Shown here: positions 1-11,478 of the stretch, piece by piece
Numbering within the stretch: position 1 is the stretch's first letter
Layout: every line of letters begins with the position of its first letter
From: an uncultured Candidatus Rokubacteria bacterium
Lineage (GTDB): Bacteria > Methylomirabilota > Methylomirabilia > Rokubacteriales > CSP1-6
Length of the DNA stretch: 64,000 nt
Assembly (NCBI GenBank): GCA_963789955.1
Contig: CAWBMV010000017.1
Location: 99,716-163,715 of the forward strand
Reading direction: 5' to 3'
The notes under the pieces: generated by a model
Database searches by the model: none
Told to the model about the DNA's origin: nothing
Seen by the model: the letters and a program-made list of their open reading frames with translations, nothing else
Position numbers and translations under genes: made by a program

Positions 1-848
<848 letters not shown>

Positions 849-926
849 TTACTCGTTAGTTGGCCGTCGCCGTCCGGCGTTATCGCCGACGGGGCGGTGC
901 CGGCCAGGGCTTATCGGTGTGCTGAG

Positions 927-2078
927 CTACACTCCCGCGTCGTCGCGCAGATCCTTGACCCGGTTCGTCCGCTCCCACGCGAACTCGGGCTCGGAGCGCC
1001 CGAAGTGGCCGTAGGCCGCGGTCTTCTTGTAGATCGGCCGGCGCAGGTCGAGGTACTTGATGATTCCGGCCGGCGTGAAATCGAAGTGGCGCCGGATCAT
1101 CGCCTCGAGCACCTTGTTCGGGACTTTTCCCGTTCCGAAGGTGTCGACCATGATCGAGACCGGCTCGGCGACGCCGATCGCGTAGGCGACCTGCACCTGG
1201 GCCCGCTGGGCCAGGCCCGCGGCGACGACGTTCTTGGCCACGTGACGCGCCATGTAGCACGCGGAGCGGTCGACCTTCGTCGGATCCTTGCCCGAGAAGG
1301 CGCCGCCGCCGTGCGGGCACGAGCCGCCGTAGGTGTCGACGATGATCTTGCGTCCGGTGAGGCCGGTGTCGCCCATCGGGCCGCCGGTCACGAACCGTCC
1401 GGTCGGGTTCACGTGGATCACGCACTTCTGGAGGTCGATCAGCTCGGCCGGGATCACCGGCTTGATCACCTGCTCGATGATGTCCTCACGGATCCGCTGG
1501 GCGCCGGCCTCGGGACTGTGCTGGGTGGACACGACGACCGTCTCCACCGAGCGCGGCACGCCGTCGACGTAGCGGATGCTGACCTGAGACTTTCCGTCCG
1601 GCCGCAGGTAGTCGAGCGCCCCCGACTTGCGCCGCTCCGAGAGCCGCATCACGAGCTTGTGCGCGAGCATGATCGGCATCGGCATGAGCTCTTGGGTCTC
1701 GGTGCAGGCATAGCCGAACATGAGCCCCTGGTCACCCGCGCCCAGCTTGTCGACGCCCTGCGCGATGTCGGACGATTGCTCGTCGATCGCCGCGATGACG
1801 CCGCAGGTCTCGTAGTCGAAGCCGAACTTCGCCCGCGTGTAGCCGACTTGCTTGATCGTGTCGCGCGCGATGCGCGGAATGTCGACGTAGCACGACGTGG
1901 TGATCTCGCCCGCCACCACGACGAGCCCCGTGGTCAGCAGGGTCTCGCAGGCGACGCGGCCGGTGGGATCCTGGCTGATGATCGCGTCCAGCACCGCATC
2001 GGAGACCTGGTCGGCGATCTTGTCGGGGTGACCCTCGGTCACCGACTCCGACGTGAACAAATACTCGTCGTGCGCCAT
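927..2078 (-). CDS. metK: S-adenosylmethionine synthetase
   Basis: Motifs [45 protein letters not shown] favours the start at 2078. Confidence 0.97.
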   Translation of the reverse strand: MAHDEYLFTSESVTEGHPDKIADQVSDAVLDAIISQDPTGRVACETLLTTGLVVVAGEITTSCYVDIPRIARDTIKQVGYTRAKFGFDYETCGVIAAIDEQSSDIAQGVDKLGAGDQGLMFGYACTETQELMPMPIMLAHKLVMRLSERRKSGALDYLRPDGKSQVSIRYVDGVPRSVETVVVSTQHSPEAGAQRIREDIIEQVIKPVIPAELIDLQKCVIHVNPTGRFVTGGPMGDTGLTGRKIIVDTYGGSCPHGGGAFSGKDPTKVDRSACYMARHVAKNVVAAGLAQRAQVQVAYAIGVAEPVSIMVDTFGTGKVPNKVLEAMIRRHFDFTPAGIIKYLDLRRPIYKKTAAYGHFGRSEPEFAWERTNRVKDLRDDAGV

Positions 2079-2121
2079 CGACATCCTCCCGTGCATCACG
2101 TCACGCGATGCAAACGCCGCA

Positions 2122-2130
2122 ACTGTAACA
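2122..2130 (-). promoter_or_regulatory. Extended -10 element (TGtTACAGT) for metK
   Basis: Lies in the short intergenic gap, followed by a small hairpin (TGCATCGCG-TGA-CGTGATGCA) and the RBS. Confidence 0.45.
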
Positions 2131-2146
2131 CGAATTCCGAGCGCGG

Positions 2147-3193
2147 CTAAGTGGCTCGGAGACGGCGCTTCATCTCGTCGAGCACGGGGATCGGCCAGGG
2201 GTCGGTGCCGGCGCCGACGGCCAGGTAGTAGCTCGTCCACGCGCCGAGGTAGGCCAGTCCCAGGAGGCGCGCCGCCCGCCCCGCGCCTCGAGTCGAGCAC
2301 TCGCTGACGTCGCCGGCGGCGGCCGCGATCAGGTCGCGCATGACCGTGAAGCGTCGCGCGATCTCCGGCAGCTCGTCACGGTCTCGCAGGAAGACCGCGT
2401 GCATCGTCGCCGCGACCGGCGCCCGCCACGCCTCGATCTCGTTGTGGTTCATCTCCGGGATCGCGCCGGCGATCGCGAAGCGCTTGGCGTTCTCCTCGAC
2501 CTCGGTCTTCCAGCGGTACGCGACCCCGCCGGTCGACGGACCTCCGTAGAACGCGGGGAAGCGCTGGCCGATGGCGAGCGCCAGGCGCTTGGCCTCGTTC
2601 TGCGCGGCGGGGCGAGACGGCGCGAGCTCGGCGGCGAGCGTGGTCACGACGTCGAGCGCTTCCGCGATCTCCGTCTCGGTGGCGATGGCGAGGTCCGCGT
2701 CGGCCAGGATCCTGAGCGCCGGAAAGAACAGGTAGCCGAGCGCCATGCGCGGCATCAAGCCGTCCGGCAAGGTGACTCGCGACAGCCCGCGCGCGCTGGC
2801 GAGCGCTCCCAGGCGGCCGCCGGCGGTGAGCGTGACCATGGGCACCGAGCGTGCGAGCGCCTCCTCGGCCGCCGAGAGGACCTCCGCGGTATCGCCGGAG
2901 TACGACGAGGCGACGACGAGCGCGTGCTTGCCGGCCGTCGTCGGCAGCCCGTATCCGCGGTGGACGATGATCGGCACGTCGAGACGCTCCGCCGCGCACC
3001 CCGCGATCAGCTCGGCGCCGGCCGCCGATCCGCCCATCCCGACGAGGACCACGAGCTTCGGGCGCGGGAGCGACATCGGAGGCGTCGCGCGGAGCGCGAG
3101 CGCGGCGCGACACTGGGCCGGGAATCCGGCCAGGACCTCGCCCGCGCGATGCGGATCGATCCGCTCGAATCCGGACGGATCGTCGAGCATCAT
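2147..3193 (-). CDS. Bifunctional phosphoglucose/phosphomannose isomerase (SIS domain)
   Basis: Motifs [38 protein letters not shown] overlap with the GH57 stop at 3190-3192. Confidence 0.9.
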   Translation of the reverse strand: MMLDDPSGFERIDPHRAGEVLAGFPAQCRAALALRATPPMSLPRPKLVVLVGMGGSAAGAELIAGCAAERLDVPIIVHRGYGLPTTAGKHALVVASSYSGDTAEVLSAAEEALARSVPMVTLTAGGRLGALASARGLSRVTLPDGLMPRMALGYLFFPALRILADADLAIATETEIAEALDVVTTLAAELAPSRPAAQNEAKRLALAIGQRFPAFYGGPSTGGVAYRWKTEVEENAKRFAIAGAIPEMNHNEIEAWRAPVAATMHAVFLRDRDELPEIARRFTVMRDLIAAAAGDVSECSTRGAGRAARLLGLAYLGAWTSYYLAVGAGTDPWPIPVLDEMKRRLRAT

Positions 3194-5302
3194 CGCCGGG
3201 CTACCGTCAGCGCGGTCTCGAGTATTCGCTCCTCGTCGGCGCCGACGTCGAGCGACCACACGAGCAGGAGCGCGGTGCCCTGATAGATGCGCTCGAACCC
3301 GCCCTCCGAGAGCGACACCGTCTCGACCGGACCCCAGGCGAGCTCCGCCGCGGGGTTCCACCGAAGCCGGGCTTCCACCGCCGCCCACTCGTCCACCAAG
3401 GTCACCTCCGTGCGATCCATCGCGCGTCCCGAGCTCCCGAGCATGGGGCGCGCGGCGAGGTCGAAATATCGGTCGGGCGCGTTCCCGGCCGTGAGAGCCA
3501 GATTCCACTGGACCGCCCAGCGTCCGGTGAGCCGCTGTCCGGCGGCCGGCCGCACCCGATAGCGCACCTCGAGCGTGGCGCTCGCGAATCGTCACGCGCT
3601 TCTCGACCGAGAGCGGCAGCTCCGGTGTCGCCGCGCGCGAGAACAGGATCGACGCGCCGCCGGCGCTGTCCTCGACGACGCACTCGAGACGCTCGGCGCC
3701 GAGCACGCCGCGCGCCGCGCGCCATGGCGCGACCGGATCGAGCGCGTCGGGCCCCTCGGCGAAGAACCCTTCGATCAACGAGCCGCGCCGTAGCGCGTCG
3801 TACGCGAGCAAGGCGTCGAGGCCGGCTTCCTTCGGCGCCGCGTCGCCGTGGATCGTCCGCGCCGCGTCCGCGGCGCCGGCACCGGCGCGCGCCCGCACCT
3901 TGTCGTGATACGCCTCGGACCGGCGCGCCAGCACGTCGGCGACATCGAGGCCCGCCGGGAAATAGCCGAGCTCCGTGACCATGCCGCCGGCCTCGGGCTC
4001 GAGCGTGACGGCCAGCTCCCGCGTGCGCACGTAGATCTCGACCCGCCCGTCGCCGTCGCCGTCTTCGCGCGTCCACGCCGTCTCGGGCACGGCGCCGGCC
4101 TCGACCAGCGCCCGCTCGGCCTCGAGGAGCGACGTCTTCACGGCACGGCGTAGATGCGGGAGATAGCAGCCCCCGAAGACGCCGTGCCAGTACGCGTCGT
4201 TGGCCTGTCCGCGCCAGAGCGCGACCTGGCCGCGGCCGAGTCGCGCATCGTCCGGGCGCCGGGCGAGCGCGCCGTGGATGGCGCGCGACAGGCGCAGCAT
4301 CTTCCAGTAGGTGTCGCCGACCTCGGGATACTTCACGAGGAAGCTCCGCCAGAAGCCGCCGCGCAGCAGGCCGGCCAGCCGCTCGCCGTCGGCCAGCCGG
4401 CCGACCTCGGCCTTGGCCGCCTCGAGCGCGCGCGCGGCATCGGTGGGCAGCGCCCATTCACCCATCTCGCCGTACGAGGCCGTCGGCAGATAGACACGGC
4501 CGGTGGCCGGAACGCGCTCGACGACGTCGGCCAGGGTCGTCGCCTCGAGCCAGGGCGTCGACAGCAGCCGGTCGAAGAAGCGGTCGAGCCATCCGTGCTC
4601 GTACACGTGCGCGTAGGTGCCCGGCCAGATCCCGAACTTCTCGCCGTCGTCGGCCATCGTGATCGCGGTCGCGCGTCCCCGCCAGGCGCTCAAGTACTCG
4701 AACGTCTCGTCGACGTCGGCGAAGGGAATCAGGTAGCGCAGCCGCTGGTTGATCGGGAACACGCGAAGGCTCTGGCCCTGCTCGTCCGTCATGTAGTAGC
4801 CGCCGAGCGTGTCGACGTCGAGTCCGGCCAGCGCGAAGTGCCGATCATCGACCAGCACGTACTCGACACCGGCCTCACCGAGCACGCGCGGCAGGTGCGG
4901 CTCCCAGACGCGCTCGGCGAGCCACATGCCGCGCGGGCGCACGCCGAAGTGCGACTTGAGGAACGTCGTCAGCCGCTCGATCTGGCCGATCTTGTCGTGA
5001 TCGGGCAGCACGGCCAGGATCGGCTCGTAGAAGCCGCCGGTCAGGAGCTCGACCTGCCCGCGGGCGGCGACGGTGCCGAGGAGATCGAAGGTGCGGGGCG
5101 AGCGCTCGCGCAGCCACTCGAGCAGGCTGCCGGTGAAGTGGACGCTCAGCCGGACTTCAGGCCGTTGGTCGAGCCGTTCGAGGAAGGGGCGATACGAACG
5201 CTCGGTCGCCTCGACCATCACGTGGTCGAAGTTGCCGACCGGCTGATGGTTGTGGATGCCGAAGCAGAACGCCAGGCGTTCCATCGGCCACGGGGCCCTC
5301 AC
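3190..5302 (-). CDS. GH57 alpha-amylase/4-alpha-glucanotransferase (frameshift near 3585)
   Basis: Motifs HNHQPVGN, GGFYEPIL, GMWLAERVWEP, DDGEKFG, NDAYWHGVFGGCYLPHLR. The C-terminus (ETVSLSEGGFERIYQG) is in the 3190..3567 frame. Alternative start ATG 5284. Confidence 0.88.
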
Positions 5303-6168
5303 TCGCGCTCGAGGTCGCGATGAACGACCGTCGGCGCGTACCCGAGGCCGGACAGAAACCGGCCGAGCTCCTCCGCGAGCGTGACCGAGCGGTGACGACC
5401 GCCGGTGCAGCCGATCGCGACGGTGAGATAGGCCTTCCCTTCCCGCTCGTAGCAGGGCAGGACGAACTTCAGGAAGTCCTCGAGACGGCGGAGCATCTCC
5501 TTGCTTTCCGGATGATCCAGCACGAAGGTCCGCACGTGCTCGTGGCGGCCGTCGAGCGGGCGCAGCGATTCGACGAAGTGCGGGTTCGGCAGGAACCGGA
5601 CGTCGAACACCAGATCGGCGTCGAACGGCACACCGTGCTTGAATCCGAACGAGACCAGCGAGGTTGCCAGGCCGGGCCGGGACTTCGGCGCGACGTAGAG
5701 CTCGACGAGCCGATCCTTGAGCTGATGGACCGTCAGCGCCGAGGTGTCGAGGATCCGGTCGGCGACCTCACGCAGGTCCGAGAGCGCCTTGCGCTCGGCG
5801 CGGATCCCGTCGAGCGCGTTGCCCTCGCCGGCCAGCGGATGCCGGCGCCGCGTCTCGTGATACCGGCGCACCAGCGATTCGTCGCTCGCTTCCAGGAAGA
5901 GCACCTCGACCGTGTGGCTGCGCGCCCGCAGCTCGCGAATCGTGTCGAACAGGCGCGAGAGATAGGCGCCCTCGCGCACGTCGACCCCCAGCGCGACGCG
6001 ATGGATCGGCTGCTCGGAGCGCATGATCAAGTCGGCGAAGGTCGGGATCAGGGTCGTGGGCAGGTTGTCGACGCAGAAGAATCCCATGTCCTCGAAGCAC
6101 TTGATCGCGTAGCTCTTGCCCGCGCCGCTGAGCCCGGTGATGACGACGACGGAGAGAGGGGCCGGCAT
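5299..6168 (-). CDS. rapZ: RNase adapter RapZ / P-loop ATPase
   Basis: Motifs ITGLSGAGKS, CVDNLP, SFGFKHG, DVRFLPNP, GCTGGRHRSV. Confidence 0.95.
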   Translation of the reverse strand: MPAPLSVVVITGLSGAGKSYAIKCFEDMGFFCVDNLPTTLIPTFADLIMRSEQPIHRVALGVDVREGAYLSRLFDTIRELRARSHTVEVLFLEASDESLVRRYHETRRRHPLAGEGNALDGIRAERKALSDLREVADRILDTSALTVHQLKDRLVELYVAPKSRPGLATSLVSFGFKHGVPFDADLVFDVRFLPNPHFVESLRPLDGRHEHVRTFVLDHPESKEMLRRLEDFLKFVLPCYEREGKAYLTVAIGCTGGRHRSVTLAEELGRFLSGLGYAPTVVHRDLERE

Positions 6169-6180
6169 GAGGCCCGCGCC

Positions 6181-7647
6181 TCACCGCTTCCGCGGCGCCA
6201 GGCGGCGCTGGTGGGAGGGCAGGATCCCGAGCTCCTCGCGGTACTTGGCGACGGTGCGGCGCGCGATCGTGAGCCCGCGCTTCTGCAGCGCCTGCGCGAC
6301 CTCCTGGTCGGATTGCGGCTTCGCCGGGTCCTCGACCGCCAGGAGATCCTGGATCATCTTCTTGACCGAGACCGACGACACCATCTCGCCGTCGCCGGAC
6401 GCGATGCCGCTGTGGAAGAAGAACTTCAGCTCGAACAAGCCCTGCGGAGTCTCGACGTACTTGTTCGTCGTCACGCGGCTGATCGTCGACTCGTGCATCC
6501 CGATGTCCTCGCCGACGTCCCGCAGAGACAGGGGACGCAGGTGCGGCAAGCCGCGGTCGAGGAAATCGCGCTGGAACTTCACGATCGACTGCGTGACCTT
6601 CCGCAGGGTGCGCTGCCGCTGGTCGACGCTCTTGATCAGCCACAGCGCGGACCGGAGCTTCTGCTCGACGTACTGGCGCGCCTCGTCGACGCCGGAGTTC
6701 TTCAGCAGCGAGCGATAGAGCGAATTGACGCGCAGGCGCGGGACGCCGTCCTCGTTCAGGACGATCGTGTATTCGTTGCCGAGCTTGTAGACGTAGACGT
6801 CGGGGACGATGTAGCGCGAGTCGTTGCCGCCGAAGCGGCGGCCCGGCTTCGGCTCGAGCCCCATGATCTCCTCGACCGACTCCATGATCCGGTCGAGCGA
6901 GAGCTTCATGGCGCGCGCGATGTCCGGGTAGCGCCGGCGGCTCAAGTCGTCGAAGTACACCTCGATGATCTCGACCGAGACCGGGTCCGGGAGCGGATCG
7001 CGGCGGAGCTGGAGCAGGAGGCACTCCTGGATGTTCCGCGCCGCCACGCCCGGAGGATCGAAGCCTTGCACGAGCGTGAGGACCTTGCCGACTTCCTCGG
7101 CGGTGACGGAACACCGCTGGGCGAGCTCTTCGAGCTCGGCGCGCAGGTAGCCGTCCTCGTCGAGGTTGCCGATGATCTCGTTCCCGATCCGCCTGACGGC
7201 GGAGTCTTCGGTGGCGAAGCGCAGCTGCTCGTCGAGATGGTCGGTCAGCGAGACCTGGTTCCGGACGACGTTCTCGAACGGCAGGTCCTCGCGATCTTCC
7301 TGCGAGACGAGCGAGCGCTCCTCGTGGTCGTCGTCGGCCGTGATCACCGCGGTGAAATCGAACGGCAGCTCGTCCGTCTGGCGCTCGCTGGTCGGCGGGG
7401 CGTCGGTCGTCACCTGCTCGACCGTCGGCGCCGGCGGCGTGTCGGCGGTCACCGGCGCGTCGGCGGGCGGCGTCTCCGGCGTGTCGGGCGTGACCTCTTC
7501 GAGCAGCGGATTCTCGAGGAGCTCCTTCTGGACGACGTCCTGGAGCTCGAGCGTGGACAGCTGCAGCAGCTGGATCGCCTGCTGCAGCAGCGGAGTCATG
7601 ACGACCCGCTGGCTCTGCCGTAACGAGAGGCGCGCCTCCATCGCCAT
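6181..7647 (-). CDS. rpoN: RNA polymerase sigma-54 factor
   Basis: Region I MTPLLQQAIQLLQL, HTH HESTISR, RpoN box ARRTVAKYRE. Confidence 0.98.
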   Translation of the reverse strand: MAMEARLSLRQSQRVVMTPLLQQAIQLLQLSTLELQDVVQKELLENPLLEEVTPDTPETPPADAPVTADTPPAPTVEQVTTDAPPTSERQTDELPFDFTAVITADDDHEERSLVSQEDREDLPFENVVRNQVSLTDHLDEQLRFATEDSAVRRIGNEIIGNLDEDGYLRAELEELAQRCSVTAEEVGKVLTLVQGFDPPGVAARNIQECLLLQLRRDPLPDPVSVEIIEVYFDDLSRRRYPDIARAMKLSLDRIMESVEEIMGLEPKPGRRFGGNDSRYIVPDVYVYKLGNEYTIVLNEDGVPRLRVNSLYRSLLKNSGVDEARQYVEQKLRSALWLIKSVDQRQRTLRKVTQSIVKFQRDFLDRGLPHLRPLSLRDVGEDIGMHESTISRVTTNKYVETPQGLFELKFFFHSGIASGDGEMVSSVSVKKMIQDLLAVEDPAKPQSDQEVAQALQKRGLTIARRTVAKYREELGILPSHQRRLAPRKR

Positions 7648-7665
7648 GGGGGTCGTTCGCCTCGC

Positions 7666-8388
7666 CTAGAGCGCGAACCGCTCGCCCAGGTAGATCTCCC
7701 GGGCGACGGGGTTGTGGGCAATCTCGGTGGCGGTGCCGGCGACCAGAATCTTGCCGCCGTAGAGGATGTAGGCGCGGTCCGTGATGGCCAAGGTCTCGCG
7801 CACGTTGTGGTCGGTGATGAGGATGCCGATCCCGCGCTCGCGGAGCCGGCCGACGATCTCCTGGATGTCGCCGATCGCGATCGGATCGATGCCGGTGAAC
7901 GGCTCGTCGAGCAGCAGATACTGAGGCGAGGTCACGAGGGCGCGGGTGATCTCGAGCCGCCGCCGCTCGCCGCCCGAGAGCGTGTACGCCGGGTGGCGGG
8001 CCAGCGGAGTCAGATCGAGCTCCGCCAGCAGATCGTGCGCACGCTCGCGGCGCTCGTCGCGCGTGAGATCGAGCGTCTCGAGGATCGCGAGGAGGTTCTC
8101 TTCGACCGTGAGCTTTCGGAACACCGACGACTCCTGCGGAAGATAGCCGACGCCCATCCGGCATCGCTGGTACATCGGGAGCTTCGTGATCTCCTGGCCC
8201 TCGAGGAAGATGCGGCCGCCGTCGGCCTGCAGGAGGCCGACCATCATGTAGAACGAGGTGGTCTTCCCCGCGCCGTTCGGACCGAGCAGGCCGACGATCT
8301 CACCGCGCTGGATGTCGAGCGAGACGGAGTCGACGACCTTGCGGCTCTTGAACCATTTCTCGAGACCCTGCGCGACCAGACCTTCCAT
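7666..8388 (-). CDS. lptB: LPS export ABC ATPase
   Basis: Motifs GPNGAGKTT, GYLPQESSVFRKL, LSGGERRRLEI, ITDHNVRETL. Canonical position upstream of rpoN. Confidence 0.96.
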   Translation of the reverse strand: MEGLVAQGLEKWFKSRKVVDSVSLDIQRGEIVGLLGPNGAGKTTSFYMMVGLLQADGGRIFLEGQEITKLPMYQRCRMGVGYLPQESSVFRKLTVEENLLAILETLDLTRDERRERAHDLLAELDLTPLARHPAYTLSGGERRRLEITRALVTSPQYLLLDEPFTGIDPIAIGDIQEIVGRLRERGIGILITDHNVRETLAITDRAYILYGGKILVAGTATEIAHNPVAREIYLGERFAL

Positions 8389-8389
8389 G

Positions 8390-9010
8390 TCAGTTCGTGC
8401 ACACTTCCGCCGCGCGTCGCGGCGCCGGCTGGCCGTCCTGCTTGCCGTCCTTCTGCGAGTAGAAGATGCCCTTGACCCGCTCCTGCTTGCCGCCTTCCAC
8501 GATCGTGCGGTCCTGGGCGACGTAGATCGTGATCGTGTCGCCCGAGACGACGTTGTCGTCCTGCCAGACCCGCGCGTTGCCGATGAGCACGACGCGCTGG
8601 TCGAGGTCGAAGTATTCGGCGCGCTGGGCCGTGCCGGTGCGGCAGTCCTTGGTGATGATCCGCACGGATCCGGTCGAGACCGTCCGCAGAACCCGGTCGC
8701 CCTTCTCGTCCATGTACACCTCGACCCGGTCGGCGTACTGCACGGAGTTGTCCCGGCGGGCGACGACGTTGCCGCTGAAGATGACCAGGCTCGCCTTGCC
8801 GAACCGCTCCATCTTGTCCGCGTCCACGGTGAGCGGCAGCGCGTTGTCGTCCTTGCCGATCTTCGCCTTGGGCGCGGCACCGTTGGCCGCCGGCTGGTCG
8901 GTGGGAGCCGCCGAGGTTTTCGGCGCCGGGGTCTTCGGCGCGGACTGACCGCCCGACACCGCGGGCGCCAGCACCACGAGAAGGGCCGCCAGGATCGTCT
9001 TCGACCTCAC
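8390..9010 (-). CDS. lptA: LPS transport periplasmic protein LptA/OstA
   Basis: Signal peptide, then FSGNVVARR...GNARVWQDDNVVSGDTI. GTGA overlap with lptC. Confidence 0.88.
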   Translation of the reverse strand: MRSKTILAALLVVLAPAVSGGQSAPKTPAPKTSAAPTDQPAANGAAPKAKIGKDDNALPLTVDADKMERFGKASLVIFSGNVVARRDNSVQYADRVEVYMDEKGDRVLRTVSTGSVRIITKDCRTGTAQRAEYFDLDQRVVLIGNARVWQDDNVVSGDTITIYVAQDRTIVEGGKQERVKGIFYSQKDGKQDGQPAPRRAAEVCTN

Positions 9011-9561
9011 GGACGCCCGCCCGTGAAGACCGCGTGGACGCGTCCGGCTAAGGTCGTATACTCCTCGGCCATTCGGACCTCGAGCGCCGAGCCGTCGGCC
9101 ACCGTGCCGCCCCGCGAGATCCGAACCGGCGCGTCGGTCCAGAGCCGCTTCTCCGCGCCCTGCCAGCGGAGCACGCTCGTCTCGAGGCGCACGCCGTCGC
9201 TCGACGTGAGCACGACGTTTTTCCGGATTTCGAGATTCTTGGTGGCCTGGAACAGGTCGCCTTCCTCGCCCACGATCGTCCACGAGCGCTCGCGATCGAG
9301 CACGTCCACCGCGATCGCGCGGAGCGCCGTGCGTCCCTCGGCGTCGAACATCAGGGCCTGCTCGGCCTTGAGCCGCCAGCGCACTCCTCCGGTCACCTCT
9401 TCGATCTGGGCTTCCTTGATCCGGAGGTCGGCGCTGGACGCGACGGTGCCGACGGGCTCGCTGGGCGGGACCCGGCTCTTCGCGATCAGCGTTCCCGCGA
9501 CCGCGAATACGAAGACGACGACCATTCCAAGAATCGCCGCCGCCACGAATCGTGTTCTCAT
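9007..9561 (-). CDS. lptC: LPS export protein LptC
   Basis: N-terminal TM helix, then WRLKAEQA...LETSVLRW...LWTDAPV. Synteny with lptAB. Confidence 0.85.
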   Translation of the reverse strand: MRTRFVAAAILGMVVVFVFAVAGTLIAKSRVPPSEPVGTVASSADLRIKEAQIEEVTGGVRWRLKAEQALMFDAEGRTALRAIAVDVLDRERSWTIVGEEGDLFQATKNLEIRKNVVLTSSDGVRLETSVLRWQGAEKRLWTDAPVRISRGGTVADGSALEVRMAEEYTTLAGRVHAVFTGGRP

Positions 9562-9571
9562 CGCTCTGTCG

Positions 9572-9612
9572 ATTCTAAAGGTAAGTCGGACCGGAATGCA
9601 ATTTCGATACCA
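9572..9612 (-). promoter_or_regulatory. Sigma70-type promoter (TTGCAT-18-TAGAAT) overlapped by a sigma54 -24/-12 site (TGGTATCGAAATTGCA)
   Basis: AT-rich intergenic region between kdsD and lptC. Exact GG-N10-GC spacing at 9597-9612. Confidence 0.6.
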
Positions 9613-9658
9613 CGCTATCACATTGTGTGGACGGAAAAAAGCGCAAACACCCTGAAAT

Positions 9659-10639
9659 CTATACGATCTTGGCTCTGAGGATATCGTGCATGTGGATGAG
9701 CCCGACAGGTCGCCGGGCCTCGTCCACGATGACCAAGCTGGTTATTTGCCACGTCTCCATCACCTCGAGTGCCTTGGCCGCGAGGTCCTCGCTCCGGATG
9801 GTTTTTGGCTCGCGGCTTGCCACCTGGCCCGCCGAGAGATCGTCGATCGACTTACCGGTCAGGTGGAGCCTGCGGAGGTCGCCGTCGGTGACGACCCCGA
9901 CGAGCCGGCCGGCCCCATCCGTGACGGTGGTCATGCCTTTGCGCTTGCGCGTCATCTCGACGATGACGTCCCGGAGCGGGGTACTTTCCGGCACGATCGG
10001 CAGGGCGTCTCCCGTGAGCATGAGATCCGCCACCCGGAACAGGGCGCGCCAGCCGAGCGAGCCGCGCGGGTGCAGCGCCGCGTAGTCTTCCGGACGAAAT
10101 CCGCGGAGCTCGAGGAGCACCATGGCCAGCGCGTCGCCGACGGCGAGCGCGGCGGTGGTGCTCGACGTGGGCGTCAGGTTCATCGGGCACGCCTCTTCCG
10201 GCACGCTGACGTCGAGCACGACCTCGCACTGACGGGCCAGGGACGAGGTGGGATTGCCGGTCAGGAGCAGGATGGGCACTCCCAGTCGCTTGAGCGGCGG
10301 AAGGATCGCCAGCGCCTCGTCCGTCTCCCCCGAGTTCGACAACGCCAGCACGACGTCGCCCCGCGCGACCATCCCGAGATCGCCGTGGACTCCTTCGGCC
10401 GGATGGAGGAAATGAGCCGGAGTGCCCGTCGACGCGAGTGTCGCGGCGATCTTGCGGCCGATCAGCCCCGACTTGCCCATGCCGGTGACGATCACGCGCC
10501 CGGCGCAGCCGCGCAGGAGCTCGACCGCGCGCTCGAAGCGCTCGTCGAGCTTGGGAATGAGCCCGAGGATCGCCTCGGCCTCGATGCGCAGCACGCGCTC
10601 GGCCAGGCGACGCAGGTCCGGCTTCTTGTCGTCGCTCAC
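9659..10639 (-). CDS. kdsD: Arabinose-5-phosphate isomerase (KpsF/GutQ, SIS plus CBS)
   Basis: Motifs [38 protein letters not shown]. Confidence 0.94.
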   Translation of the reverse strand: MSDDKKPDLRRLAERVLRIEAEAILGLIPKLDERFERAVELLRGCAGRVIVTGMGKSGLIGRKIAATLASTGTPAHFLHPAEGVHGDLGMVARGDVVLALSNSGETDEALAILPPLKRLGVPILLLTGNPTSSLARQCEVVLDVSVPEEACPMNLTPTSSTTAALAVGDALAMVLLELRGFRPEDYAALHPRGSLGWRALFRVADLMLTGDALPIVPESTPLRDVIVEMTRKRKGMTTVTDGAGRLVGVVTDGDLRRLHLTGKSIDDLSAGQVASREPKTIRSEDLAAKALEVMETWQITSLVIVDEARRPVGLIHMHDILRAKIV

Positions 10640-11478
10640 GGGTGGACGGCGGCTCCGATGGCGCCGAGCTGTCCGAGGAGCCGCGGCAGGTCGTCGATGC
10701 GCAGCATGTTCGGCCCGTCCGAGAGCGGACGTCCGTCGGGCAAGGTGCGATCGGGGTTCTCGTGCATCTCCATGAAGAGCGCGTCGACACCGAACGCGAC
10801 CGCGGCGCGCGCCAGCGCCGGCACGTACTCGCGCTCGCCGCCGGATCGGTCGCCGGCGCCGCCGGGCAGCTGCACGGAGTGAGTCGCGTCGAACACGATC
10901 GGATATCCGAAGGAGCGCATGATCGCGAGACCGCGCATGTCGACGACGAGATTATTGTAGCCGAAGCTCGTGCCGCGCTCGGTCAGCAGGATGGCCTCGT
11001 TGCCCTTCGACAGGATCTTGTCGACGACGTTCTTCATGTCTCGCGGCGCGACGAACTGCCCCTTCTTCACGTTCACCGGCTTGCCCGTGGCCGCCGCCGC
11101 GAGGAGCAGGTCGGTCTGCCGGCAGAGGAATGCCGGGATCTGGATCACGTCGAGGACCTCGGCGGCGGGATCGACCTCGCTGACCTGGTGGACGTCCGAC
11201 AGCACCGGAACCCGGAGCGTGTCGCGGACCTTTTTCAGGATCCGCAGCCCCTCGACGAGACCGGGTCCGCGATAGCTGTTGACCGAGGAACGGTTCGCCT
11301 TGTCGTAGGACGATTTGTAGATGAACGGCACCCGACAGTCGGCGGCGATGGCGGCCAGCCGCTCGGCCGTCATCAGGGCGTGCCGCTCGTTCTCGATGGC
11401 GCAGGGGCCCCCGATGAGGGCCAGCGGCGCGCCGCCGCCGATCGTGACGGAGCCGACCGCGACCGGACGCGTGGTCAT
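10636..11478 (-). CDS. kdsA: KDO8P synthase
   Basis: Motifs [42 protein letters not shown]. Confidence 0.96.
   Translation of the reverse strand: MTTRPVAVGSVTIGGGAPLALIGGPCAIENERHALMTAERLAAIAADCRVPFIYKSSYDKANRSSVNSYRGPGLVEGLRILKKVRDTLRVPVLSDVHQVSEVDPAAEVLDVIQIPAFLCRQTDLLLAAAATGKPVNVKKGQFVAPRDMKNVVDKILSKGNEAILLTERGTSFGYNNLVVDMRGLAIMRSFGYPIVFDATHSVQLPGGAGDRSGGEREYVPALARAAVAFGVDALFMEMHENPDRTLPDGRPLSDGPNMLRIDDLPRLLGQLGAIGAAVHP

Noticed and set aside
2147..5302. 1051-aa GH57-PGI/PMI fusion in the ORF track
   Set aside because: A frameshift near 3585 causes it. The real GH57 C-terminus is in another frame and ends with an ATGA overlap at the PGI/PMI start.
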